This document shows positions 18,636 to 27,991 of a stretch of 64,000 nucleotides of DNA, in pieces. Within the stretch, counting starts at the first letter, position 1, and every line of letters begins with the position of its first letter. Source of the DNA: Edaphobacter sp. Its GTDB lineage: Bacteria > Acidobacteriota > Terriglobia > Terriglobales > Acidobacteriaceae. The DNA is taken from positions 324 to 64,323 of the forward strand of contig DATJJJ010000057.1 in assembly GCA_035492215.1 (NCBI GenBank). Direction: 5' to 3'. The position numbers and the translations under genes were made by a program. The notes beneath the pieces were generated by a model. The model was not told the DNA's origin and ran no database searches. It saw only the letters and a list, made by a program, of their open reading frames with translations.

Positions 18636-19766
18636 ATGCTGAACATCAATGCAATTCATATGCGTGAGATCAATATGCCTTTGGCTCATCCTTTTGAGAC
18701 GAGCTTTGGGCTGACGACGGGACGGCGCATCCTTCTGATCGAGTTGGAAGCCGACGGGCTGACGGCATGGGGCGAGTGTGTCGCGGGAGAGCATCCTTAC
18801 TTTAGTGACGAGATGATCGATACAGCATGGATCATCACGGAGAATGAGCTTATTCCGAAGTTGCTGGACGCGGAACTGGAGCGCGGTGGAGATGTTCCGG
18901 ATGTCTTGAAGCAGGTTCGAGGCCACCGGATGGCCAAAGCGGCGCTTGAAAACGCTGTGTGGGATCTGGAGGCGCAGACGAGAGGAGTGTCTCTGGCCGA
19001 CTTGCTGGGTGGGACGCGGGAGATCATTCCGTGCGGCGTCTCCATCGGGATTCAGCCCACGCTGGAGAAGCTGCTGGAGAAGATTGAGACGGAGCTCGCA
19101 GCTGGATATCAACGCATCAAGCTGAAGTGCAAGCCGGGATGGGATCAGCATATCTTTGAGGCCGTTCGTAAGCGGTGGCCGGAGATTCTGTTGAGCTGCG
19201 ATGCCAACTCTGCTTATCGCATGAAAGATTTCGACCACATTGCGGAGTGGGATGAGTTCAACCTGCTGATGATTGAGCAGCCGCTTTGGTACGACGATTT
19301 TTATTTCCATTCCATGCTGCAGAAGAGGATTGAAACTCCGATCTGTCTGGATGAGTCGATTCGTAACCGTCGTGATGCGCTGGCGGCGATCGATATGGAG
19401 TCGTGCCAGATTATCAATATCAAGGTGGGAAGGGTCGGCGGTTTCAGCGAGGCGATCGCCGTGCACAACGCTGCCGAGGAGCGCGGAATTCCTGTGTGGT
19501 GCGGAGGCATGCTCGAGACGGGGATTGGCCGGGTACACAATATTGCGTTGTCGTCACTGCCGAACTTCTCGCTGCCGGGAGACGTCTCAGCGTCGGCGCG
19601 TTACTGGGCACAGGACATCATCGAGCCTGAGGTTACGGTAAGCCCGACGGGGGAGATTGTGGTTCCGACGGGTGTGGGGTCGGGATATGCCGTACTGCGC
19701 GACCGGATTGAGGATCTGACGGTTCGCAGGCAGACGCTGCGCGCAAAGGCCAGGGTTACAGCCTAA
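18636..19766 (+). CDS. menC: o-Succinylbenzoate synthase / N-succinylamino acid racemase (enolase superfamily)
   Basis: PFETSFG, RIKLK, DANSAY, IEQPL, LDES, NIKVGRVGG, WCGGMLE, PGDVSAS motifs of the NSAR/OSBS subfamily. Confidence 0.9.
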   Translation: MLNINAIHMREINMPLAHPFETSFGLTTGRRILLIELEADGLTAWGECVAGEHPYFSDEMIDTAWIITENELIPKLLDAELERGGDVPDVLKQVRGHRMAKAALENAVWDLEAQTRGVSLADLLGGTREIIPCGVSIGIQPTLEKLLEKIETELAAGYQRIKLKCKPGWDQHIFEAVRKRWPEILLSCDANSAYRMKDFDHIAEWDEFNLLMIEQPLWYDDFYFHSMLQKRIETPICLDESIRNRRDALAAIDMESCQIINIKVGRVGGFSEAIAVHNAAEERGIPVWCGGMLETGIGRVHNIALSSLPNFSLPGDVSASARYWAQDIIEPEVTVSPTGEIVVPTGVGSGYAVLRDRIEDLTVRRQTLRAKARVTA

Positions 19767-19780
19767 GCGCTTGACTGCTA

Positions 19781-20656
19781 TCAATGCGTGGGAAGCGGTG
19801 TGTTCAGGAGCATGCGAATTGCGTCCTGATAGCTCATCGAGGGAATGGGCCGAAAGTCCCATGCGTCGATATCGGCCTTGATATTGAGGGTCTTGACCAT
19901 GAGAGCGCGCACGGAGATGCGCTGCTCGAAGTGTGTGAAGATCCATCGGCCATTACCGGCGTCCTGCTGTTCGATGGATAGCGTGCCGCCGGGATAGATA
20001 TGGGCCAGCATACCCCAGCCGAAGTTTACGCTGCGAAAGATATTGCCTTCCATACGAATGATCTGCTTTGACCTGGAGTCAATCCAGGCGCGGCCACGAA
20101 GGCCGGTGAGAGCCTCGGCAGTCGTGGAGGGTGGATGGAATTTGGGGTTGGGCTCATAGTCGATGACGATCTCGGTCTGGCCGGGGTGTTTGCCTGTCTG
20201 AGGCTGCCCGGGCGTATAGGTGTAGATCATGGCGTCGGGCATAAGGCGAATCAGCTGATCGGCGATTTTTTTGCCCGACTGGGTGTCTTTGATGTGACGC
20301 GCGAATCCGTCGGGATTTTTGAGCATATCGTTGAGACGCTGCTGTTCATCCTTGTCCTGCTCTTCTGTCAGAGGCTTGCCGTCGCGCAGAACAAGGCGGG
20401 CGACTGTGCCGTCGCGGCTTTCAATCACATCGCGAACCTGGTCTCCCTTGGCGTTGACGATGCGCATGCGGTAGCGGAGAGGGGCGTTTCTGTTGTTCAG
20501 AACGGCGAGTTCGTGGGAGACGGTTTGAACGACCCATTCTCGGGGAGGAATGGAGAGCAGAGGGTCCGGACCGGAAGAGGTTTGAGCATGGGTAAACGGC
20601 AGAAGAAAGAAGAAGCATAGCAAGAAGCAGCCTGCCGCCCGAAGAGATCTTTCCAT
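19781..20656 (-). CDS. Hypothetical exported beta-rich protein
   Basis: Signal peptide ...FTHAQ; GRAWID..QIIRMEG pattern like LolA/MucB-type beta folds; start uncertain (20656 or 20716). Confidence 0.7.
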   Translation of the reverse strand: MERSLRAAGCFLLCFFFLLPFTHAQTSSGPDPLLSIPPREWVVQTVSHELAVLNNRNAPLRYRMRIVNAKGDQVRDVIESRDGTVARLVLRDGKPLTEEQDKDEQQRLNDMLKNPDGFARHIKDTQSGKKIADQLIRLMPDAMIYTYTPGQPQTGKHPGQTEIVIDYEPNPKFHPPSTTAEALTGLRGRAWIDSRSKQIIRMEGNIFRSVNFGWGMLAHIYPGGTLSIEQQDAGNGRWIFTHFEQRISVRALMVKTLNIKADIDAWDFRPIPSMSYQDAIRMLLNTPLPTH

Positions 20657-20894
20657 GCGGCCGAGCGGCGAGCTTCGTGAAATGGACTGTCTGTATTGTC
20701 GGTTGCGTTCTCTCACTCGTTTCGCTCGACCTGATCGTATGCTTTGCTTCGACGAAGCACCTGTGTTGACTATCTTACGTATGACGTAGGCGGATACGGC
20801 AAAGTTTTCCCTGGGTTTGCCTCATAAGGAAGCGTTGGGTATAGTTCGGGCAAGGCAAAGAAAAGCTGAGAACCTTGAGGAGAATCAAAAGGGA

Positions 20895-21299
20895 ATGAAG
20901 CCAGCAGAAGGATCCACCGTTATCGGCAAGTCCGTGACTATTCACGGAGAGCTTTCGGGCAATGAAGACCTCTACCTCGATGGCGATATGGAAGGAACGA
21001 TTACCCTGCGCGATCATGGGCTGACTATTGGTCCGAATGCAAGGATTATGGCCGAGATTCACGCGAAGGATGTGACTGTGTTCGGCAATGTCACCGGAAA
21101 CCTGCACGCAAGCGGCAAGGTAGACCTTCGTCATTCCGCGGTTGTCCTAGGAGATATCTTCAGCAGCCGGCTCTCAGTGGAAGAGAATGCCACGATCAAG
21201 GGCAAGGTTCATCTGGGCAGTGCAGAGGCGACACAAGGTTCTCCGGCTGAGGCGGGAAAGACCGAGCAGACAACTCTGGTTCTTGAGCCGAAAGTTTAA
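20895..21299 (+). CDS. Bactofilin (polymer-forming cytoskeletal protein)
   Basis: TVIGKSVTIHGEL..EDLYLDG..EGTI, VFGNVTGN, VEENATIKG beta-helix repeats. Confidence 0.93.
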   Translation: MKPAEGSTVIGKSVTIHGELSGNEDLYLDGDMEGTITLRDHGLTIGPNARIMAEIHAKDVTVFGNVTGNLHASGKVDLRHSAVVLGDIFSSRLSVEENATIKGKVHLGSAEATQGSPAEAGKTEQTTLVLEPKV

Positions 21300-21319
21300 G
21301 AGGAAGGGAATCGGAGCGA

Positions 21320-21961
21320 ATGCGCAATCTCTTCGGTGGCGGCAGCGAGGGGTCGAGTGCGTCGCGTGGATCGGACGCGACCCGGATTCCGCGGCACTCG
21401 AGCGGATGGAAGGAGCTGCAGAAGCATCTGAAAGGCCAGGATTCGTTGCGGGTGCTGGATATCGGCCCGACCTCCTCGATGAACATCAATTACATTACAA
21501 GCCTCGGCCATAGCATCTATATGGCGAACCTGGTCGAAGAGGCGTCGAAGCCGGAGTGGGTTCTTCCTGGAGAAGGGGATGAAGGACCGAAGTATGATCT
21601 TGCACGTTTCTTCGAAACGAATCTTAACTTCTCAGGCCGTAACTTCGATGTCGTGATTTTGTGGGATACGGTCGACTTTCTACCGGAGCCTTTGGTGGAG
21701 CCGGTACTGGCGCGATTGCATGAGGTGATGAGTTCCGGTGGTCTAATGCTGGCGTTCTTTCATACGTCTCACGATCCGAGCACGGCGTTCTGCCGTTATC
21801 ACCTGACCGATACGGAAGTGGTAGAGATGCAGAGAGCTGGGAGTTATCCGATGTTGAATAGCTACAGCAACCGAAAGATTGAAAACCTACTTCGCGAGTT
21901 TGGTAACTATCGTTTCTTTTTGGCGAAGGATAGTCTTCGCGAAGTGATCGCCACGAAATAA
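21320..21961 (+). CDS. Class I SAM-dependent methyltransferase-like protein
   Basis: RVLDIGP (motif I), FDVVILWD, GGLMLAF. Confidence 0.75.
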   Translation: MRNLFGGGSEGSSASRGSDATRIPRHSSGWKELQKHLKGQDSLRVLDIGPTSSMNINYITSLGHSIYMANLVEEASKPEWVLPGEGDEGPKYDLARFFETNLNFSGRNFDVVILWDTVDFLPEPLVEPVLARLHEVMSSGGLMLAFFHTSHDPSTAFCRYHLTDTEVVEMQRAGSYPMLNSYSNRKIENLLREFGNYRFFLAKDSLREVIATK

Positions 21962-21973
21962 CCAGAAAGAACA

Positions 21974-22000
21974 ATGGCGCAATCGATAAGATTGCGCCAT
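21974..22000. terminator. Hairpin between convergent genes (probable terminator)
   Basis: Perfect 11-bp stem ATGGCGCAATC-GATAA-GATTGCGCCAT. Confidence 0.65.
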
Positions 22001-22023
22001 CGCTTTGTCTCGTAAAGATCGGC

Positions 22024-22293
22024 TTATTTTGCCTGTTTGCTGGCCGCCTTGCTTCCAACCTGCTTGCGCCGATCGGCCCAGCGCTTCTTCATCGCCTCAG
22101 CAATTCGCTTCCGACCTTCGGGTGTGAGCTTGCGCTTGCGCTTTCCTGCGGACGCGGTGACACCATTGGTGCTCCCCTTCGGGCGTCCACGACCACTACG
22201 CGCCGGCTGTGCGGCATCGGCGAGCAGCGCGCGCGCTTGTTGCAGCTTTTGAATTTGTGCGTCGATCTCGGCGATGATTTGAGTAACTTCCAC
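22024..22293 (-). CDS. Small basic DNA-binding protein (coiled-coil + AT-hook + basic helix)
   Basis: SD AGGAGA before GTG; IIAEIDAQIQKLQQARALL, GRGRPKG, LTPEGRKRIAEAMKKRWA. Confidence 0.85.
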   Translation of the reverse strand: MEVTQIIAEIDAQIQKLQQARALLADAAQPARSGRGRPKGSTNGVTASAGKRKRKLTPEGRKRIAEAMKKRWADRRKQVGSKAASKQAK

Positions 22294-22328
22294 GAATATC
22301 TCCTGAAAAAGTCGGAGTTAATGATCAC

Positions 22329-22403
22329 TAAGTTCTATTGACTTACCCATTAATAGATTCAGGATCACAAAACTTATAAGTTACGATACAGAACTTATAA
22401 GTC
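22329..22403. promoter_or_regulatory. Tandem palindromic operator-like array
   Basis: ACTTATAAGT at 22372-81 and 22393-402 (21-bp period), plus TAAGT-N7-ACTTA at 22329-45. Confidence 0.55.
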
Positions 22404-22434
22404 TGCCGCAAACAAAGTTTGGTCAATCTTCGTC

Positions 22435-24801
22435 TTATTTTCGAGTAGTTTCTGCTTCCTGTTTCTCGGAAGTGCCCTCGGAATGCGGCCGTATGGCGTA
22501 GCCTGGACCCGATGAATCTTCAAGATAACGATTGCCAAGTCCGTGGCGTTTATTGGTTCGTTTTATATATTGCTGAAGGCCATGCAAGGTCGCTTCGCGG
22601 TCGCGTGCAAACTCCGAAGCCATATGAGTTAGTGCATAAGTCACGATGTCGCTGTGATGAAGCTCGCGCATGCCGGGATTTCTTCGCAGGTTGAGCCACA
22701 GGCGATGGACTAGTTGAACATCCTCAGGAGCAATGGTTGGAGCGTGCGGACCAATGTGGAAGTCAAGTGCTTCGCCATTGGGCTTGACGACATAAAAAGT
22801 AAATTGCCGCTTGGGCTCAGCGAGTGCCTCCCACGCCTGGCCAACGTGATACGCCTGTTCTTCCGCGGTAAGTTTGCTGGAGAGACCGGAGATGACGGCT
22901 GCAGCATCGAGAGAGTTTGCGGTCTGCACCAGTGCGGCAAAGATGTCTCCTGCGGGAACGACGAGCAATGAGATGTGCTTGCCAAAGCTTTCAGCGACGG
23001 ACACAGCCTTGGTAAAGAGCATCTGCTCGTGCTCACTGAAGAGTTGTTCGGAGGCCTCCACATATTCGGGGCCTCCGACCCCCATCATGCGAGCGGCGAG
23101 GACCACGATGTCCTGCTCTTCGGTGTTGGTATGGGTGAGAGCCCACTTGAGCGCGAAGGGCGCGGCGGCATCGCGCATGGTGACGATGACGGCGCCGGGG
23201 CGGATATCGAGTGCAGTGCAACCTACCGTGTCCTGATGCTCCAGCTGGAAGTGTTCACGCATCTGCCGAGTGGCGAGATCATGGCGGCGTTTGTTGTCGC
23301 GTTCGGAGAGAGAAAAGATGACAAAGAAGGCCGCAGCGAAGATGACTCCGCTGACGGTTGCGACGGATTTGGTGAACAGATTGACGATCGCAGTCGTGAA
23401 GAGTACCAGAAAGACGGAGATCAGTCCGATAGGAATCTCTGTCTTGCCGATGCGGAGGTTGAGAGGAACCTTCCAGCCACGTTCGCCATGGTACTTCCAG
23501 CGCAGAACCAGCATGGCGAGGGCGTTGAAGGTGAAGCTCCAGATCACTCCAAAGGCGTATGCTTCGCCGATCACGACGACGTTGCCGTGAGTAATTGCGA
23601 TGACAAAGAGCTGAAGCGCGGCGACGAGATTAACGATGCGATAGCTGGTGCCGTACTTCTTCTGCGGCTTGCGGAACCAGTCGGTGAGTACGCCGTCTTC
23701 AGCGATGCGCATGAGCACACCGGTTGAACCGACGATCGCGGTATTGACGGCTCCGCCCAGAATGAAGAAGCCGACCACGACTACGAAGCAACGGAAGATT
23801 ATGCGCAGGATCTCCGGGCCGACCATGTACATGGCCATACCGGCGATGAGGTTGTCGCGGTAAACATGCACGCGAACGCTGTCGGGAATGATCATGACAG
23901 CCAGCAGGGAGCAGAGGCCGGTAAAGAAGAAGCTGTAGGTCGCGATGACGAGCGCGGCGCGCTTAAGGTTCTTGAGCTTGGGATGCTCGATTTCTCGATT
24001 GACCTGGGCCAGCGATTCTTCTCCGCTCATCGCGAGCACGGAGTGGCCGAAGGCCATGAGCACACCAAACAAGCCAAGCGTTGTGGCGAACTTTGTCCCT
24101 TTGAGGAAGCCCAACGCATCCGAACTGAAATGAAGATTGGAGGGGATGGGGAGTGGAGGAAGCTGGGCTCCGCGATGAACGACAGTGTAGGTGCCCCAAA
24201 GCAAAAGAATCACCACCATGACGGTGGTGATCTTCATAATATCGAGTGCTCTCTGGCTGGATTCTTCGATTCCTTTGATGTTCTGCCACCAGAAATAAAA
24301 GGTGATCAGAGCAGCGATGACAGCAGAGGCAATGTCGGGTCTGAGGTGTGGCGTTGCGGACCAGTGAAACCGTAGCGCGGCGAAGTGGGCCAGATCGTTG
24401 AATAAACCGACGATGTACTGGCCGGCGGAGACACCGGAGATGGGGCCGGTCAGCACATAGTCGAACATGAGGGCGGAGACGCTGACCTTGGCAAAGGTAC
24501 TGCCGAGGGCTTCCTTGACGATGCGATAGACCCCACCGCGGGTAAACATCGAGCAGCTCTCGACATAGACCGAGCGCACGGCATAGGCAAAAAAGACGAC
24601 CGACAGGATGAGCCAGGGGGCCGATTTTCCGACCGCTTCTTCCGCGAGTCCGCCTGCGTAGAAGGCGGACGATCCTAAATCGTTGAGAACAATGGCTGCC
24701 GCTCGCCAAAAAGAAATAAAGGTGAGCATGACCGAAGACGCCACGACGAGGCGTACTCGGTTGGATTGCGGCAGAACGACAGTATTTTTTGCTGAAGCCA
24801 T
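22435..24801 (-). CDS. APC-family permease with cytoplasmic C-terminal domain (KimA/YdaO-like)
   Basis: DLGSSAFY, GGVYRIVKE, MFDYVLTGPIS, AMSGEES motifs; ~12 TM segments then a soluble domain. Start 24801 or 24831. Confidence 0.88.
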   Translation of the reverse strand: MASAKNTVVLPQSNRVRLVVASSVMLTFISFWRAAAIVLNDLGSSAFYAGGLAEEAVGKSAPWLILSVVFFAYAVRSVYVESCSMFTRGGVYRIVKEALGSTFAKVSVSALMFDYVLTGPISGVSAGQYIVGLFNDLAHFAALRFHWSATPHLRPDIASAVIAALITFYFWWQNIKGIEESSQRALDIMKITTVMVVILLLWGTYTVVHRGAQLPPLPIPSNLHFSSDALGFLKGTKFATTLGLFGVLMAFGHSVLAMSGEESLAQVNREIEHPKLKNLKRAALVIATYSFFFTGLCSLLAVMIIPDSVRVHVYRDNLIAGMAMYMVGPEILRIIFRCFVVVVGFFILGGAVNTAIVGSTGVLMRIAEDGVLTDWFRKPQKKYGTSYRIVNLVAALQLFVIAITHGNVVVIGEAYAFGVIWSFTFNALAMLVLRWKYHGERGWKVPLNLRIGKTEIPIGLISVFLVLFTTAIVNLFTKSVATVSGVIFAAAFFVIFSLSERDNKRRHDLATRQMREHFQLEHQDTVGCTALDIRPGAVIVTMRDAAAPFALKWALTHTNTEEQDIVVLAARMMGVGGPEYVEASEQLFSEHEQMLFTKAVSVAESFGKHISLLVVPAGDIFAALVQTANSLDAAAVISGLSSKLTAEEQAYHVGQAWEALAEPKRQFTFYVVKPNGEALDFHIGPHAPTIAPEDVQLVHRLWLNLRRNPGMRELHHSDIVTYALTHMASEFARDREATLHGLQQYIKRTNKRHGLGNRYLEDSSGPGYAIRPHSEGTSEKQEAETTRK

Positions 24802-24915
24802 TGATTGTGAGAACGCGTCGTAACCTGTCACTGCGTCCAGAAAACTATCGTCCGTAGGGTAGTTTAAGGTGCGCTCCGGTCAGCGTCAATGGTAAGACCA
24901 GGAATCTGACAAAAA

Positions 24916-25077
24916 CTAAAGCTCGCCGTCGCGCGTTTCATCACTGGTAAAGATTTCCCCGAGATCGCGCAAAACCGTGATCAGGACGACCAGCATCGAA
25001 CCTGCCACTCCTATAAAGAAGAGCGGGACCAGGATGGAGCTGACTGTGCTCATGAACGCGTCCATGTTCAGTTTCAT
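24916..25077 (-). CDS. Small single-TM protein (53 aa), not in ORF track
   Basis: Manual translation MKLNMDAFMSTVSSILVPLFFIGVAGSMLVVLITVLRDLGEIFTSDETRDGEL; TM helix plus acidic tail; alternative starts 25065 and 25053. Confidence 0.65.
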   Translation of the reverse strand: MKLNMDAFMSTVSSILVPLFFIGVAGSMLVVLITVLRDLGEIFTSDETRDGEL

Positions 25078-25100
25078 TGTAAATGGTAGACTCAAGCGCG

Positions 25101-26741
25101 ATGCGAGTTATCCCGGGACGGCTTTGGGCCATGGCAGCGCTCTCCGGCGCACTGCAGATTCTGCCGTTTCCAATCGCAGGACCCGTTCCGCAGTGGCGTA
25201 CCCTGTTCAGTTGGTTTGCCCTAACACCTCTGTTGTGGGCACTTTCGCAGAGGGACCGGAGGGGCGAGGGATTGACCGTTCTTCACAGCGCCTTACTCGG
25301 ATACCTCTGCGGGTTTCTCTGGTACCTCGGAAACTGCTATTGGATCTATCAGACGATGTACCTGTACGGCGGGCTGGATAAGCCGATCGCCGCAGGAATT
25401 CTGATCCTGTTTTGCCTGTATCTCGGGCTTTACCACGCGCTCTTTGCCGGACTCTTTGGGGCTGTCCGTTCCTGCTTCGGTATCCAGGCCGCTTTGCTGT
25501 TGAGTCCTTTTGTGTGGGTCGCCGTGGAACTGGCACGTGCGCGCATCACAGGACTTCCCTGGGATCTGCTGGGGATTACGCAGGTGGATAATACAGCGCT
25601 GACACGGCTGGCTCCCATTGCCGGGGCCTATGGCATCTCGTTCGTGGTCGCGCTGGTAAATGCGCTTTGGCTGGTGCGGATTCAGATTCGCGAGCGGCGG
25701 CATACGAGGCTGATTCTGACGTTCGCAGGAGTGATGCTGATTGTTGGGTATGTGGTGGCGGTGCGGAGGTTGGGCGCACCGCGCAGGGAGCATCCTGCTG
25801 CTACAGCAACACTGGTGCAGGAGAATCTTGAGGTAGGCGCGGCTGCCAAGGGCCCGGAACCTTCCACCGAGGAGCTGTTGCAGTCATTCTCTACCTTGAG
25901 TCGCTCTCCGGGGACGAAGATGTACCTGGGGATCCCGGAGAAGAAGGGAACGCCTGTAGTTACATTTGTATCGCCGCCCGGACCGCGCGACTCGGACCTT
26001 ATCGTGTGGCCGGAGTCGCCTGCTCCGTTCGAGGAGGCTGATCCGCAGTTTCACGCAGCGATCTCTGCGTTGGCTCAGAAGGCCAAGGCTCCGGTGATCG
26101 TGGGCAATATCTATGTTCAGCAGACGAGAGAGAATGCCCGTGGATATTCTCTGTTCAACTCGGCGGCGTTTGTCACTCCCAATGGAGAGTTTGTCGGACG
26201 CTATAACAAGATGCACCTCGTGCCTTTCGGCGAGTACGTGCCGTTCAAAGGCCTGTTTTTCTTCGCGCAGAATCTTCTGCATGAGGCAGGAACCTTCGAC
26301 GCGGGAACGATGCGCACGCTCTTCACGGTCAATGGCCATCGATATGGGACGTTTATCTGTTACGAGTCCATCTTTGCCGATGAGGTCCGCCAGTTCGTCC
26401 GCAATGGAGCGGATGTGCTGATCAATATCTCCAATGACGGATGGTATGGCGATACCAGCGCGCCGTGGCAGCACCTGAACATGGTGCGGATGCGTGCGAT
26501 CGAGAATCACCGATGGGTTTTGCGTGCGACCAACACGGGGGTTACAGCCGCAATCGACCCGCAGGGGCGAGTGCTGGAAGCGGCGCCACGGCACGTGCGG
26601 ACGAGTATCCGTGTGGGCTTTGGCTACGAGCACGACCTTACCTTCTATACGGCCCATGGCGACTGGTTCGCATGGATGTGCGCCGTGGTAACTGCAGCGG
26701 GGCTGGGTTTGAGCCTTCGCAGGCGAATTGCCGTAGACTAG
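25101..26741 (+). CDS. lnt: Apolipoprotein N-acyltransferase
   Basis: VWPESP, YNKMHLVPFGEYVP, FICYESIF, ISNDGWYG, RATNTG motifs. Confidence 0.96.
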   Translation: MRVIPGRLWAMAALSGALQILPFPIAGPVPQWRTLFSWFALTPLLWALSQRDRRGEGLTVLHSALLGYLCGFLWYLGNCYWIYQTMYLYGGLDKPIAAGILILFCLYLGLYHALFAGLFGAVRSCFGIQAALLLSPFVWVAVELARARITGLPWDLLGITQVDNTALTRLAPIAGAYGISFVVALVNALWLVRIQIRERRHTRLILTFAGVMLIVGYVVAVRRLGAPRREHPAATATLVQENLEVGAAAKGPEPSTEELLQSFSTLSRSPGTKMYLGIPEKKGTPVVTFVSPPGPRDSDLIVWPESPAPFEEADPQFHAAISALAQKAKAPVIVGNIYVQQTRENARGYSLFNSAAFVTPNGEFVGRYNKMHLVPFGEYVPFKGLFFFAQNLLHEAGTFDAGTMRTLFTVNGHRYGTFICYESIFADEVRQFVRNGADVLINISNDGWYGDTSAPWQHLNMVRMRAIENHRWVLRATNTGVTAAIDPQGRVLEAAPRHVRTSIRVGFGYEHDLTFYTAHGDWFAWMCAVVTAAGLGLSLRRRIAVD

Positions 26742-26745
26742 AAAG

Positions 26746-27877
26746 ATGCTGAGTGATCTGGAATACACGTACTCCCCGGTGCGCGAAAAAGTTCGCGATC
26801 TGCGGGAGTATCTTTGACTCGCCTCGCCTGCGTCGTGAATTAGCTGACATTGAAGAGAAGACCGCCGATCCCGCTGTCTGGGCTGATCCTGCGCGTTCGC
26901 AGCCGCTGATGCGAGAGCGCAAGCGCATCGAGACCCTGCTGGCCGATGACACTGAGCTGGCGCGCCGCTCCGATGACATTGAAGCCTACTTCGAGCTTGC
27001 TCGTGAGGGAGAGGATACGGAGCCTGATCTCTCTCGCGAGATTCCAGCGTTGGTTGAATTCATCGACAACCTGGAGTCGAAGACGATGCTTTCCGAAGAG
27101 AGCGATCCGCTCAATGCGATTGTGGTTGTGCATCCGGGCGCTGGTGGAACCGAATCGCAGGACTGGGCCGAGATGCTGATGCGCATGTACATCCGCTGGG
27201 GCGAACGGCAGAACTTCAAGGTCGAGATCAACGAAGTGCAGGACGGTGACGAGGCGGGAATCAAGTCGGCGACATTTACGATCTCCGGCGAGTTTGCTTA
27301 TGGCCTGCTTTCGGGAGAGACAGGAGTGCATCGTCTGGTACGTATCTCACCGTTCGATTCGGCAAAGCGCAGGCATACCAGCTTTGCTTCGGTCTTTGTA
27401 TCGCCGGAGATCGACGACACGATTGTGATCGATATCAAGCCCGACGACCTGCGTATCGATACGTACCGCTCCGGTGGTAAGGGCGGTCAGCACGTCAATA
27501 CGACGGACTCTGCAGTGCGCATCACCCACCTTCCTACGGGTCTGGTCGCCGGTTGTCAGAATGAGCGTTCGCAGCACAAGAACAAAGAAAAGGCGATGAA
27601 GCTTCTACGCTCGCGGCTCTACGAGTACGAACTGGAGAAGAAGAAGGCCGTCAGCAAGAAGCTGGAAGACTCCAAGCTCGACATCAAGTTCGGATCGCAG
27701 ATTCGAAACTATGTCATGCAGCCCTATCGCATGGTTAAGGATCTTCGCACCCGCGTTGAGGTTGGGGACGTCGATCGTGTGCTGGATGGCGATCTGGATC
27801 TGTTTATTCGTGGGTATTTGAAGATGCGTCGCGAGGGTGGGGTTCCAGCCGCTGTTGCTGTAGATGATGACCTGTGA
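26746..27877 (+). CDS. prfB: Peptide chain release factor 2 (programmed +1 frameshift)
   Basis: ORF0 MLSDLEYTYSPVREKVRDLREYL ends at CTT-TGA-C (26812-18) with GGGAG 3 nt upstream; the +1 frame carries SPF and GGQ motifs. Confidence 0.97.
26804..26818 (+). promoter_or_regulatory. prfB +1 frameshift cassette
   Basis: GGGAG-TAT-CTT-TGA-C: internal SD, slippery Leu codon and UGA stop. Confidence 0.95.
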
Positions 27878-27991
27878 GAGCAGGAACGGAGCGACGATTT
27901 CTTCGTGGGGATTTTGCACCGCAACCTCTGTGACCAGCTGTAGAAGATCGGCATCCAAACTTGCAGGCGATGACCTTTAGGAGGTTTACGG

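Noticed and set aside
20776-20788. TACGT-ATG-ACGTA palindrome in a divergent promoter region
   Set aside because: Only 5-bp arms and a single occurrence; expected by chance.
24802-24915. c-di-AMP (ydaO) riboswitch before the KimA-like permease
   Set aside because: Interval is short and shows no recognisable ydaO consensus; the upstream space is occupied by a small ORF.
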